Origin: Hormiphora californensis
Taxonomy: Eukaryota > Animalia > Ctenophora
Assembly: GCA_020137815.1 (NCBI GenBank)
Contig: CM035351.1
Location: forward strand, 8,556,001 to 8,620,000
Direction of reading: 5' to 3'
DNA length: 64,000 nucleotides
Part shown: positions 38,101 through 51,638 of the stretch, one piece after another
Numbering within the stretch: position 1 is the first letter of the stretch
Layout of the letters: each line of letters starts with the position of its first letter
Notes under the pieces: model-generated
What the model saw: the letters and a program-made list of their open reading frames with translations, nothing else
The model's database searches: none
What the model was told of the DNA's origin: nothing
Translations under genes and position numbers: made by a program

Positions 38101-41100
38101 GGAAACAATTGGAATTAGGAAATGAGTTATATTAACATGGGCGTAAAATTCTTTGAGAATATCAAATTAGTTGCCATGGTTACTTACGGATGCAGAGGGG
38201 AAGGTAACATAGTAACGGAGGTACTGTTGGGAGGAGAATGTCAGGGATGGAGATTCCTCCGAACAAACCTCTCCTTCGTAGCCAGTACCGGTACAGTCAC
38301 ATGTGAAACTGTTCATTGCCTGCAAATGATGGGAGGTGAATTAGGGATGCTGCATTACCATAGCAACAACTAACACTCAGAGTAACAAGTCCTATATCTC
38401 TTACCTGGTGACAAGTAGATCCATGGTAGCAGGGCTGAATACCACATGCCTCATCCAGACTACTGCACCCAGCCACCACCCCCGCAGGACGGGATGCCAA
38501 CTTGGTATACAGATCCTGGATCTCCTGTTCAATAGAGAATCCCTGGATACAACCTCTGAATCCCTCCTTCATTGTGTCAGAGGACCCCGCGCCCAGGAAG
38601 AATGCCGTCTTGATACCCAGGTCACCCGGGGAGGAGAATGTGGTCTTGTCAGTCCCCATTTTACCAGTATCTCCATACAGGGTTATATCAATACCCCTCT
38701 CGTCATATCGGACATTACAGGAGTACCACTTGGAATCTGCCAGGTAATCACGCACTGCTACCTCGTACACTTGGCCATCTGAAGAGGGGGGTATTATTAT
38801 TATATTGGCAGGGACGAGAAAGGGGGGTTGTATTCATATTTTATATGATCAGGGATTCAGAGTGTTTGTGATAAAATACGCACCTTTCCGTGCGGCAAAG
38901 AACAGTGATCCATCCCTCAGTTCCAGTTCAAGATAGTTACCAGAGTTACCCCCAGCGTAGGCAATGACTCCGTTAGGGTTACTTGTCTTGAACTGGAGGG
39001 TAACCTCCCTGTTAACCATCCAGGTATCCAGGGTCAGGTGGGATTCGGAGGAGCCAAACATCACCGGAATATACCTGTAATTGGGGGTAATTAGCTGGAC
39101 AAATTGTATGTCATGATGACAGTTCAATAGTTGTTGACAAGTTCGGCTTTTCCTATTTGTCAGCAGCTACAATTACCCCTAGTCCCCCCTTATTAGTGAG
39201 TGTGATTAGGTTAGTAGGACACTGTGATCTCTACAATTGTGGTGAAAGGAGCTACTCTATTGTGTTGCTTCAGAAGCGTGTAGACAATTTATTAAGCTAC
39301 CCTGAGGCAATGACCTAGCCACCACTTTTTAAAGCTCTCTCCCCCGCCACTCCCCTACATATTTACAGCACAACGTCACAACACACACATAACCTCATTG
39401 GGACACAACTTGTACAGTACTCCCCCTTCTATAACACCCACAATTGTAACATACATTCGTGGAGCATAATACCTCAAAAACACCCTAAAATACCCCTATA
39501 AACTCCCCTGTGAACACTGAACACCCCTATCCAACAATATCTCTACTCACTGTATCTCAGAGCAAGTCCAGTCCAGTCTGCCGTGTTTGGTATACCCCAC
39601 AATATCACTCTTCGCCTCCTTCAGCATTGGAACCTTATTGAATGTCAACTGCTGGATGCACCCCACGAAGTTTAACTTGCTCCGGACCCCCTCCATTTCA
39701 AGAAGGTTCTCACCCCCTCCAATGTAGATATCCCGGTTGTATCGGACTGCCACGGGATTATGGAGAGATGTGGACACCTGCCGGCCATCCACTTCCATAC
39801 TGAGGTCAGCCTCGTACCGGCCTATATGGACCTCATGCCACTCGTTGTCACCTGGTTGGGAGAGGGGACGATTAGAGGGTGGTGTTGTATCTACCTAGTT
39901 GTTATTTAGAGAGGTGATGCCATGCTAAGTTATATCTACAATCCTATAATGTGAAGGATGTATATATAAGAGGGGGCGGGAATGTTGCGGCAGTTCCTAT
40001 AGCAGATCTGTTTGTATGCAGCCCGGTGTTTTACCTGCACTACCTAATACATACATGGTGGGAAACTGGGAAGGTATAAATTCAGGGGGAGACTGGGCGG
40101 GTTGCATAAAGGGGCAATATAGGGCTCCGATAAGAAACAGAGTATTTTGTGGAGGGGTACAATTCGTTTAGACATGTTTAAAATTATCTACAACAACCCT
40201 CCTAAATACTTACTGATAAGTGTATTTTCAAGTTGGAGCAACTGTTGTCGGCTCCCAAAGCCCACATTGACGCTCAGTAAACTGGAGATAACTTCAACCG
40301 ACATGAAGTAGTTGTCTGTCTTGTAGTAGAATATCAGGCCATCTGACTTGGACGTCTGGGAAATTAGAAAGGGTGTCAATTTTTGGAATCACGCTGAAGC
40401 CGGAAGTCGATTTTGTGATACTCTGTATTTCAAATTGGTGAATTTATAGTTATAGTCCCTGGAAAATTGAATGGAACATGAAATTGGTGGGAAATAGTTA
40501 TTTCCCGGTATTCCAGAACTAAATAATGGAAAGAAGAGCGTGGGAATAGCCCTGGCCCCCTATTCATGTTTTCTTTTCTTTTCATATCACCGCTCTTCGC
40601 CATCGGTACATGCTTTGAAAAAAAAGGGAAAAGGAAAGCCGAAAAGTACTGATTCAAAGTACTGATAATATATGTGAAGTGGTACTGAAACAACAAGAAT
40701 ATACTTGTGGAGTATGGACTTCTTGGCCATGTAAGTTGCAAAATTAAGGGCGGAAAATTTGATCGGTAAATCTTCCAAAACGCGGATCGACATCGTGTTT
40801 CAAAGATCTCCATCGTGTTTCAACTTACCCTGAATCGGAAGACTAAGGTATCGAATTTGGAGTAAGGTGCATCATCGACCGCTCTGTATTTGATATACTC
40901 GCTAGCTTGGAACTTGGCAACTGCGGCAGCTGAAGGGGGGAGGACCAGGGGTTAGCAAACTTGGAAACAGGAGTCTAGGGGTTACTAATTGGGGAATTAT
41001 TAGTGGTGAAATAGTGAACGGTTTCAAATTGTTCCTATATCATTCAGTGATCCAAATATAATGTCTCACAACACACACAACTTCCCGTACCATATCTGTG

Positions 41101-42344
41101 ATGGGTATAAACAAGGGACAGGGCTGGTGTGATGCAATAGGAGATGGTGAAACACAGGAAACAGAGAAAGGAATTCATGAAATGGCTACAAAACTGTCAG
41201 AGCTGTGTCAGAAAACTAGATATCATGTGTATGAGCTGCTGCAACACGGGTAGTAACAAGATATATTGACCAATCAGGAGCCATGCATGCAGTCACGTGA
41301 CATACCAGGACCAGGGAGAGAGGGCAATAAACTAGATTACATGACCTTTAGATCTGTAACAGTATGACATACGATACACGCATTCTTGACACGCATGGAA
41401 CTCATGTACCAATGTCCAACTACCGGTCTAGCACACTTTGATGGGAACACATGAACAAAAGCTGCAACATGAACAACCTAATTCTAAATTCACTTTCTAC
41501 TTGTGGTTTTACTTTCTCGGCCGAAAATAAAACACTATGGTGCTGCTGCAATGACCTTACAATTACTCTACAAATACCACTTATTGTGATTAATAAGTAA
41601 CAACCCAACCCAACTGTTACAACTGTTCTGGTAAAATATTCCCAGGCTATTTTGGGTGGCCGAGCTGCTATTTGGTAAAGGGAATCTGGAGCTACTGTTA
41701 TTATAATGGAAGCCCACAAAATATTAGTTAGGGAGGAGAACTAGAATAGAGCTGTATGTTTGGTTGGGGGAACGAAAATAGAAAAATAGTAGCATGTTGC
41801 TTCTCTCTATCTCTCTCGCTAGCAGATTATTAATGGACGTGTTATAGTCTCAACTGTTAATTCAGGGTCACAACCACGGCACTGCTATAGAACTGCTGCC
41901 AGCGCTTAATTTAGCAATTTTTTAATCGCACTACAGCTACCCGTCGAAATTGATTAAACCGGCGGTTTAATTTCGCAGTAACCACAAAATACATAAGAAT
42001 GGAGGCAGAAGAGGAGAAAACCCCAACTGACAGGGAGAGGACCACCTTGTGGGAATTTGTCACTCTGACAGGCCCCCCTCTCTCTCTCTTTCTAAGCAAA
42101 CACCCAAGCTGTTATTATGGGTACGAAGACAGGGGAAACATGAAACCAGCCGAGCGAGACATACACCGTGCATGGGAAAGTGGAAGGGAGATGGAGAGAT
42201 AAGATCAGTCTGCTAGCATGTTTTAACGGTTCCTGTGAGTCATGGACCAGAACAGAGGTTGCAACAAAATATACGGAACCGAATATCGACAAAAATATTG
42301 CTAATCAATCTGGCAGCGTTAACAGGTAAACAATATGTCATAGT

Positions 42345-42416
<72 letters not shown>

Positions 42417-45400
42417 AGAGAGAGAGAGAGAGAGAGAAGAGAGAGGAGACAGAGAAGAGAAATAGAGAGATAGCATGATCAGATAGTTGGACTAGAGACC
42501 ATGATGACAGGATTGCAAATAGAACTTTCTGTCACAATGTGAAACACAGGGGGATACAAACTGGGCACAGGGAGGGAAAGAAAGGCTATTCGTCGGAGCG
42601 GAGAAACAAAATACAGAAGGCTGGAGAGATTGAACGGGTGTAACAAAGTTAGACGGTGTAAATTGGCCGTGTTTGAAACAAAACGTTCCAAAGGATTTAT
42701 CAGGGTCACGGTCTACCCTATCTTTATCTCCCTCCCATTCACTCCACCGTGGAGTCCACGCCTCACATCACATGTAGCCCCCTACTCATGCAGGGTGCAA
42801 CTGCACGCCCCAATTGGTAGAATCATGTGGTACTGCACGCCCCAATTGGTAGAATCATGTGCTACTGCAGCACGCCCCAATTGAGCCCACCCAGTATCAA
42901 GTGCTATCTGCATACACCCCCAATTGGACCGAGCGGGATCATGCAGTATCCTAATTAGAAATCTCTCTCTCTCTCTGGGTGTTTTTAAATCAGTGGAGAA
43001 AGATGTGTACCCGGATACGATCTTACATGAAACCACTACTTTTAATTGGGTGTATGTGTGTGTTTCCTAGTTTCCCCTTTCACAAACACTTACTTGATCA
43101 AGTGCAAGATACCCTGATGTACGCGGGGACGCGTGCAGAGGAACCGGAATAGCCACTTCCCTTTCCAGAGAATGATCTCATCATTCCTGCCCGTTCCCTT
43201 GGTTACAATCGCGTGAGTCTGTTTCGTCGACCGACGATTATTTCTTGGTTTACAAGTCTAAATTCTTCGTCTTATTATCATGGATAACGTTGCGGGGAAG
43301 AATATATGGTCGTGAGGACGATGATTTTGTCGTCCCAAACATGTAATAGAATGGAGAAACGACGATATTTTGGACGCGGCCGCGTCCAAAATATCGCGGT
43401 ACATACCATGACCTGGAGCGTGGAGGAATGCGCTTGTGGAAACAATGGGCCAGAAAAAGTACTTAAGGAAGCTCTGGAGCAGAGTTGTCAGTTCTCAGAT
43501 TACCAGCCTAGCCTTCGTTGCTCTCCAGCCTTGCTCTGATCTACATGGAATCTCTACCTGGAACCTCTGCCCGAACTATGCTTGACATTGATAGTGTCGA
43601 CAGGCTTCACTCGATCTTCCCCCTTCTCTCAGTTTAGTAAGATATATAATATACGTAGTACTAGGTAGAATGAGTAGTCGAGTAGATATGTTACAGTCGT
43701 TACGTGGCATTGTAAGACGTGAGTGATACATTATCGTTCTGACCCCATAATATAGATGTGTTTGTTTTGGTCTACTCTTGGTCTACGGTTGCACTTAGTC
43801 ACCCTGGTTAGTGCATTATATCTGAGCTATTATCTAGTGGTACGACAGTTGGGTGTGTATTATTAGGAGCTACACCTTTATATTGCGTACACTGACACAA
43901 TATCCCAGAGGTATCATGATCAGTAAATCTTGGAGCATGAAATCATTTATTACCCCAAGATTTCATTGCAATGATACTGAACAACTGTGACTTACGTGCA
44001 CACTGTGCCAGGAGTGGAGGTGAGCCATCTGGAGTGGAAAGGAGCGAGGAGAGAAGTATTACACAAGGGAACATTGCAATATGATATTCCTGCTGTGCAT
44101 ACTATTAGTTAATATGAGACTCCCTTCTCTCTCTCTGAATCTCGCTCCTCACTCCTCTTTGGCCTTTATCTATCTCTCTCACTACTCACAATCATTTTCT
44201 CACTAATTTTATCTCTGTCTCAGTCTCTCTCGCTCTCTGCTCTCATCATCATTAGACTATCAGAAAGCGAGCTACCGAAATACCGAAAAGAGGTCCTGCT
44301 ACGCAAGAGGGAGCCCACCAAGTCCTACATATGACTGTCATGTGATATGTCTCGAATATAGGACAGTTTCAAATACGGGGTTATGAGATTAGAGTATATA
44401 TGCCTCAAGTCAGAGGGTGTGGATAAGAGAGGGGAAGAAAATCGGAATTGTCCTATCTGTACCAGGTTGTTAAAAACATAAATACTTCTTCAGACCATGC
44501 AACCTGGAATTGCCTTTAATCCAATAACTGCCATACTACTTGGCATGAGGGAGGGGGACATACCGATAACGGAGGACTTGGAAACAGATGAATTCGATGA
44601 GGAGACAGTTGTTGAAGACACAGCCGGAGAGATGGGGGTTGGGCATGAGGGGGACTAATTTGGTACAGACGAGCGCTGACATTACCTTACTTCGTCAGCT
44701 GAGATGGGGCGGGATAACCACCGTACCAGGAAGTATACGACAGCTATTATGCTATCACCTACTGGGGTAATATGATGTCCAGACTGTCTACATATATAAT
44801 TCAATATCCCTGGGGCACAATACCCCTTGAGGACCGAGAAGTCTCTACCCTGACACCTTTCTCCGGGTAGACCAGTCATATGATGTCGGTTTTGGACCGA
44901 AAAAAAACATAATTGATCTAAATGTGATTCCACTTCTAGGGCACTCCAATAGGTCCCTAGAACCACCAAAAAAATTTGTCACTCTTCATCAAATGAATAA
45001 ATGTGGTTTTTGGGCCACGCCCTTATACCTGTATTTTCAGTCATGTGGTCAAAACTGAAAACCATCTTAGGAAACGAGTAGAGAAGAAATCAAGGGCACT
45101 AAAGTGTGTAGCGTCCTCGCATTAGTGGGGGTAGGTGCCGGAATTAAGTCTCTATCTCATCTGGTTAATTAGATAATTGGATAATTAGGTATGCGCATAA
45201 CCGTTTTTTGGCTATATGGCTATAGCCACTTATAAATGGTTTAGAGACTTTTCACTGGTGCCATTTTGTAGGCAATGGCCAAGTTATGGGGGGTCGACGT
45301 CGGACTTTTAAGCTCTATCTCCAACCGTTTAGCCGTTATTTGGCTTTTAAGGTGCTGAAAATGAGCAAAAAACGGGAAAAAGCCCGATTTTTACTCATTT

Positions 45401-47530
45401 TCAGCACCTTTGAATCGAAATAACGGCTAAACGGTTGGAGATAGAGCTTAAAAGTCCGACGTCGACCCCCCATAACTTGGCCATTGCCTACAAAATGGCA
45501 CCAGTGAAAAGTCTCTAAACCATTTATAAGTGGCTATAGCCATATAGCCAAAAAACGGTTATGCGCATACCTAATTATCCAATTATCTAATTAACCAGAT
45601 GAGATAGAGACTTAATTCCGGCACCTACCCCCACTAATGCGAGGACGCTACACACTTTAGTGCCCTTGATTTCTTCTCTACTCGTTTCCTAAGATGGTTT
45701 TCAGTTTTGACCACATGACTGAAAATACAGGTATAAGGGCGTGGCCCAAAAACCACATTTATTCATTTGATGAAGAGTGACAAATTTTTTTGGTGGTTCT
45801 AGGGACCTATTGGAGTGCCCTAGAAGTGGAATCACATTTAGATCAATTATGTTCCCTATCATGCATCATATGACTGGTCTAGGGACCCCCTCCTCTCTTT
45901 CTCCGGGGAATATTGTGTGGGTGGTTGAGATGGCTCCACTAAGGGGGACCCGTTAAAAAGGGAGGGTGCTTGTGTTTTGAGTATTTAACAAGCACACCTA
46001 CACCTTGTGTAGTGCAGTGGTTCTTGTGTTTTGTGCTTGTCACCGGTCACACTCCCCCGCTCTTGGCCAGTGTGCTTACCGGTGTATGGCGCGCACTGAC
46101 CGAGTGCTGACAAAGGGTGACCACAGTTGGATATGGCCGCGCGCTACTGCAGACAATTGTAACAACAAGGGATTCTCTGGAGGAGCTGGGAGGACGCGGC
46201 CACCTGTTGACCTCTCTCTCGAGGTGCTACAACATACAAAGTGAGTGTGAGGTGTGTGTGTAGAATAGAGCGAGAGGAGAGTTCAGAATAGCGTGAAATG
46301 GAGTTAGGTTCCCTCTGAGAGAGTGTGATGTGTTCAACTCTCAGGCTTGTTAGAATAGCTTACAAGAATGAAGAATTGGACTAGCTTGTTTTCAAATTTT
46401 GTGCATTGTCATTCACGATCACTACTAAAACATCTTCCTCCCCTGCTATACCCTGGTCACATGGACTCTACAGGGGGGCTAGTGAAGGGGGGGGGGTCAC
46501 TGTCTGCTATAGCTCATAGTGAGCTAGTGTGGCGGAGGGAGGAAAACCTCTCTCCAATCAGAGGGTACCCAGGGTGGTCAGGTGACTTCCCCTCCGCCAA
46601 CGTGGAGCCGGTGGTAGGTCACGTGACCGGTGTTAACCAATGAAAACCCAGGAAACAATAATCACGTGTTACTACGCTACCAATGGCGGGGGGCAAGGAA
46701 GTAGCGACCAGGGAATGTGTATGTGTGTGTGTGGGGTGCGATACCTTCCCGGGTAGAGAGAGAGGGAGAGAGAGAGAGAGTGGGAGAGAAAAGAGAGTGC
46801 AGTAGAGAGAGAGAAAGAGCGGAAATTCAAAACGACCAACTGTACACAATACAAGCCGGTATGTATACCCCGAGACCCACCCCCAATCTAACAACAAGGG
46901 AGGGAGAAAAGAAAGAATGTATATTTATTGAAACTATCCTGCAGCAGTCTGCAGATCATGATACGAGTCCAGACCGTTTAGAACTCTATCTCAGTAGGGA
47001 GAGTTGCCGGTTTAGAGGTTCTTTGTGTATATGAGGTCAGTGGGCTTGTCTACTTGCCGATATGTGTGTTAGGGAGAGAGAGAGACCAAAATGTAAAGAA
47101 AGGAAGGGAGATAGAAGGGGATAAAGAGATGAAGATACGTAAATACATTGCCTATTCTATGTGGTAGGGACCGCCCCTATATATCACCACCTCCCTCCCT
47201 CAGACACCTCTCTCCGATCACTAGAAAGGGACCGCTCTCTCCTCATCATCATCATTTCTTTGTAATGATAGAGAATGATAGTATCTGTAGTACTTGTGCA
47301 TTTGCACCACTCATGTGACGAATACCTGGCCTCCCTATTGGTCAAGCAAGGTCACGTGATATGTCATAGCGAGTGCTGATTGGCTCGTGAGATAGCGTCC
47401 TCCCCGTCTCTCATTAGGTGGATTAGCTTCGGTCTAATATCTAAATTGCTACTTGACAAGTTTGCCAGTGTCTCGTGAAAGTGAGTGAGAGAGGGAGAGA
47501 GAGAAAGAGAGAGAGAGAAAGAGAGAGGGA

Positions 47531-47601
<71 letters not shown>

Positions 47602-50558
47602 ACAAACATAGAAAGCTTTGATAGAGTGGAAGTGAGTCTTGGGGGTGTTCCACTGTCGTAAGGGAGGTGGGAGAATAGAGAGGAGAGAGTGAATACAGGG
47701 AGGGTGAGAGAGGGTGAGAGAAAGAGAAAGTGAGAGAGAGGAAATACAAGAGTGAGAAAAGATGTAAGAGCGAATCTAGGCTAACAGCTGTCTCTCAAGC
47801 TGTACAGATTGGATTAAACTTGAACACACACATACCCAATCATTTTAGACAAATTGATCAATCATAATAATGATTTCCCAAGACCCCACGACCCCCCTGC
47901 TGCTAGGCCGGCCACCTTGAGTGGGAAGACCGCCTTAGTGGCGCTATGGGAAGTGACCAACAGACCACATGATTTCACCGATCTAAAAATGTCCCCACCA
48001 CTACTGCAGCTGTCTTTAGGCGTGGTTTCTACTCCTCCCCTCTCTCTCTGTCTCCCTATAACAGAGTTAGGGATTGGGAACCAGGTACTCAGTAGCAGGA
48101 AATACAGGGAACCACAGAACCCAGCCCTGTCTTGGGAAAACCACAGATTTGGGATTCCAATCTCCCACAAAATGTGCCATTGAGTAGTCTCCCCATTTCA
48201 TCTTTTTGTGGGGATAAAATTCTCGGGATTCAAAATTCTTGATGAGGTGAAATGTGAGAAGGACTATTGGGGTTTATCTGTAGGATCAGTTTCAATTCGT
48301 GTGTGGCGCTGCAGGGTGGGTCAAGGGGGGGGGGGGGGCGTGTGTACTGTGTACGTTAGTCTGGGCCCCACGAAAGGGCCCCCTGTCGAACGGAGGAAAA
48401 GAGGGGGGAGAGAGAGAAAAGAGGGGAGGGAGAGGAAAGAGAGAAAAAAAGAGAGAGATGGGGGTGTTTGTTTTTGGGTTAAAAGCCAAAACAGGGTGCT
48501 GCTTTTTAAAGTTTCACTCCTTTTGTCCAAATGTTTTCCCCTCTTTCCTATTTAACCTTCCTCGCCGCTCCCTCCCCGACCCGAGATTAGTATCTCACTT
48601 ATTGTGTTTTACTAGTAACACACCCAACAAAAACACACACAATGAGATCTCTGTTTGCAGACAGCTCATTGTGCCGTACTACAGACAGCGCCCTGTATGG
48701 GGGTTTTTTGAAGGGGGACAGTACAATAAAAGACAGTCAAATGTGTCAACGCTGCACCTTCCCTTTCTCGTAATTTTATCTTTTTCTCACCAATTTTACA
48801 TACAAAAATCCCAGCATGCGGGGAAACCCCAAGGCTTACGTGCACACTTTCTTGCTCAGTGCAGAATTTGGGTGTGGATGTGGCTAGTATAATATAGCTG
48901 AGTTGCAGGGTGTGCCAATTTGAATCAAAAGTCAAATATGTCGGGGGAGGGGGGAGAGAAAAAAAAAAAAAAAAAAGGAAAAGGGGAAAATGAATGGTGT
49001 GAGGGGGACCCGGGGGGTGAAGAGAGGGGGGAGCGGGGAAAAGAAAAAAGTAGTGAGAGATAGAGAGAGGAGAGAGAGAAAGAGAGAGAGAGAGGAAGAG
49101 AAAAGGAAAGGGAGGAGAGGGATGGGGGGGAGAGAGGGGAGAGGAGGAGAGAGAGGGAGGGGGGAGAAGAAGAAAGAAAGTGAGAGAGTAAGGATATGCT
49201 AAGAGGGTAGACGACAGCTAAAGAGGGGGGTTCATGGTGCTGCAGACTCCACGTGAACATCAGGAAACTCCAGACACCCCCCGCTGCAGAGTGCAGCACT
49301 ACCCAACTGTTCCCACACACACAGATTAGCTGCTCTTGGGGAGGGGGGGGTAAAATTAGGATTTGGCCCCACAAGTGGGAGAGAGGAGGGGATAGAAGCA
49401 TGGTTGGTAATTGTTGTAAACACCCACACACACACGTCACCACCTGATACATGAGTGCTGAGAGGAACAAGTGTACAAGGGAGGAGCCGCCTTAAAGACT
49501 TGTTATAGAAATTGATTCCTGTCAACTAGAACTGTTCTGACTTGTGGCGGCGGTGGTTTTGGAAATGGAATTGTTAGAGGAAGGGTTCTTTGTAATTCAA
49601 TGAACCTTGTTGGATGTTCGAAGAGACAGGCTGACATGTGTTCCCATGTGGCTTGGGGTGTTAGAAAAAAAAATTCCAAATAGGGGGTGGAGTGGTGGAA
49701 AAAAATCGGGCGAGATCTCAGGTTCCGGGGAGAAGAGTGAGGGTAACCCCGGCTGGCGTTCAGAGACTTCGTACTCGATCATATCGATTCTATTCACCCT
49801 CTCTCTCCCTCTTTATCTCTCCTCTCTCTCCATCAGCCCTCTCCCTTATCAAAAGAAGGCATATACAGCACGAGCTGTGGTTATGCGTATAATACTCCTA
49901 GCCGATGGTGCACATGTTTATATGCACTAGACTGCATGTGAGGTGAGGGGACTGTGTGTACTTGAGGTTAGCTATCTTCAAATGTATGAGAGAGAGGGGT
50001 GTGAAATGACGGAATACTTTGTAGTGACATCATTGATAAATCAGGATGAAGTTCCAGGTGGCCTTGTACCATAATTTAGAGTGAGATATACAAAGATCAT
50101 TGTTTCTGAACCGCAGTGTTTCATTCTAACCCAGATGTCACAAAATTACATTACACCTCAGTATATTACATGATACTCCCCCCTCAAGTCCCCCAAGACA
50201 CTGTTTACACGAGACAGATTCTCGTTCTCTCTCTCCCCAGACCCCATCACCCCTCTCTCTCTCTCTCTCTATCTCCCTCTTCTATCTTATTCTCTCTCAT
50301 TCTCGCCCAGCAAAGTACCGCCCCCGTCTAATTGGAAACTGATAGCGTCCTTGTAGGTACCTGTGACAGACTGTTTAGGGGCCGTCAGACACGCTCCTGC
50401 TACTGCTACTAGAAAAGTTTCGAATGAGCTAGGAGGGTGAAGCGAAGAGGGGAATCTGAGGGAGCAGGGAGAAAAGTTTGCACCGAGGTGTGAAACGAAT
50501 GTTTGCTCTGCATACACGCGGAGAGAAAACGATCAAAGGAGAGAGGGAGAAAGAAAGG

Positions 50559-50596
<38 letters not shown>

Positions 50597-50797
50597 AGAA
50601 AGGGAGAGAGAGAAATAGAGACATGTTAGGTTTTGTTATACACGTGGTGGGGGTTGTATACACATGTACCGCTGCTAGCAATGTAGTGTATACCAAGCCA
50701 CCAAATTGGCAATTCCGCCTCCCATAACGAGGTTTACGGTCCCCTCCCTCATTCTCTCACTTTCTCTCTTTTCTTCTCTCACTTTCTCACTTTCTCT

Positions 50798-50832
<35 letters not shown>

Positions 50833-50942
50833 TTCTCTCTTCTTCTCTCTCATCTCTCTCTCCCAGGCCAGGCTACGGTCCAAGAGAGTACTTTCTAGGG
50901 AGACAAGATGGGGGAGGGACAAAAGAAAACCGGTGAGCGAGG

Positions 50943-50980
<38 letters not shown>

Positions 50981-51560
50981 GGGAAGCTAGGGGAGACATA
51001 TTATGTGCGAATATTACCTTCCTGCTCAGGGGGGAGCACATTTGTCCCATCCCTGGTTTAATGATTACCTTGGCAGGTCCCCCCGCTGTCTATCCACCGA
51101 ATAAATACCTCCCCTCTCTCCAATAAAATATGTCCAATAAATATATGTCTCGCCTTTGCTGACAATCGGATAAATTCGCCCCCAACTCCCGTCTAAAACA
51201 TAGATTATATTATCTCACTCAAATAAACATATATTTCAAAAGAGCCACTTGTTTTAGTAGATACAAGTCATTAGCCTGAGTAGAACCACCACCACCATCC
51301 ATATTGTTGTATCACTACACTGAACATGCCCCCACTATACGGACTACCAGCATGCCCCGGGATATTTCTAATTAGAAAGTGGCAGTGGGCCAAGATCAAC
51401 CGATAACAACGGTCACTTCTGCATACCTTACACAATCCTAAACGTCGTGTATTATTAAACCGTTACAATGTTTATCAGGAATGTTTCAGGAACATGGAAG
51501 AGAATTGGAGTCAGTGGGCCGTGAAGGTGTGCCCCCGGGTAATGCAGCATATCGGGGGGG

Positions 51561-51638
<78 letters not shown>

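Noticed and set aside
43306-43539. ORF with WSVEECAC resembling a TGF-beta C-terminus
   Set aside because: The other cystine-knot cysteines are missing, there is an upstream in-frame stop, and the ORF spans a palindrome.
46005-46244. Nested plus-strand gene in the neurexin intron
   Set aside because: TTG start, no recognisable motif, and no downstream exon that I could link.
48840-48883. Second AGTGTGCAC|GTAAG donor-like site matching the end of the 33-nt exon
   Set aside because: No good acceptor gives a frame-preserving, stop-free exon; it may be a TACGTG transcription-factor site.
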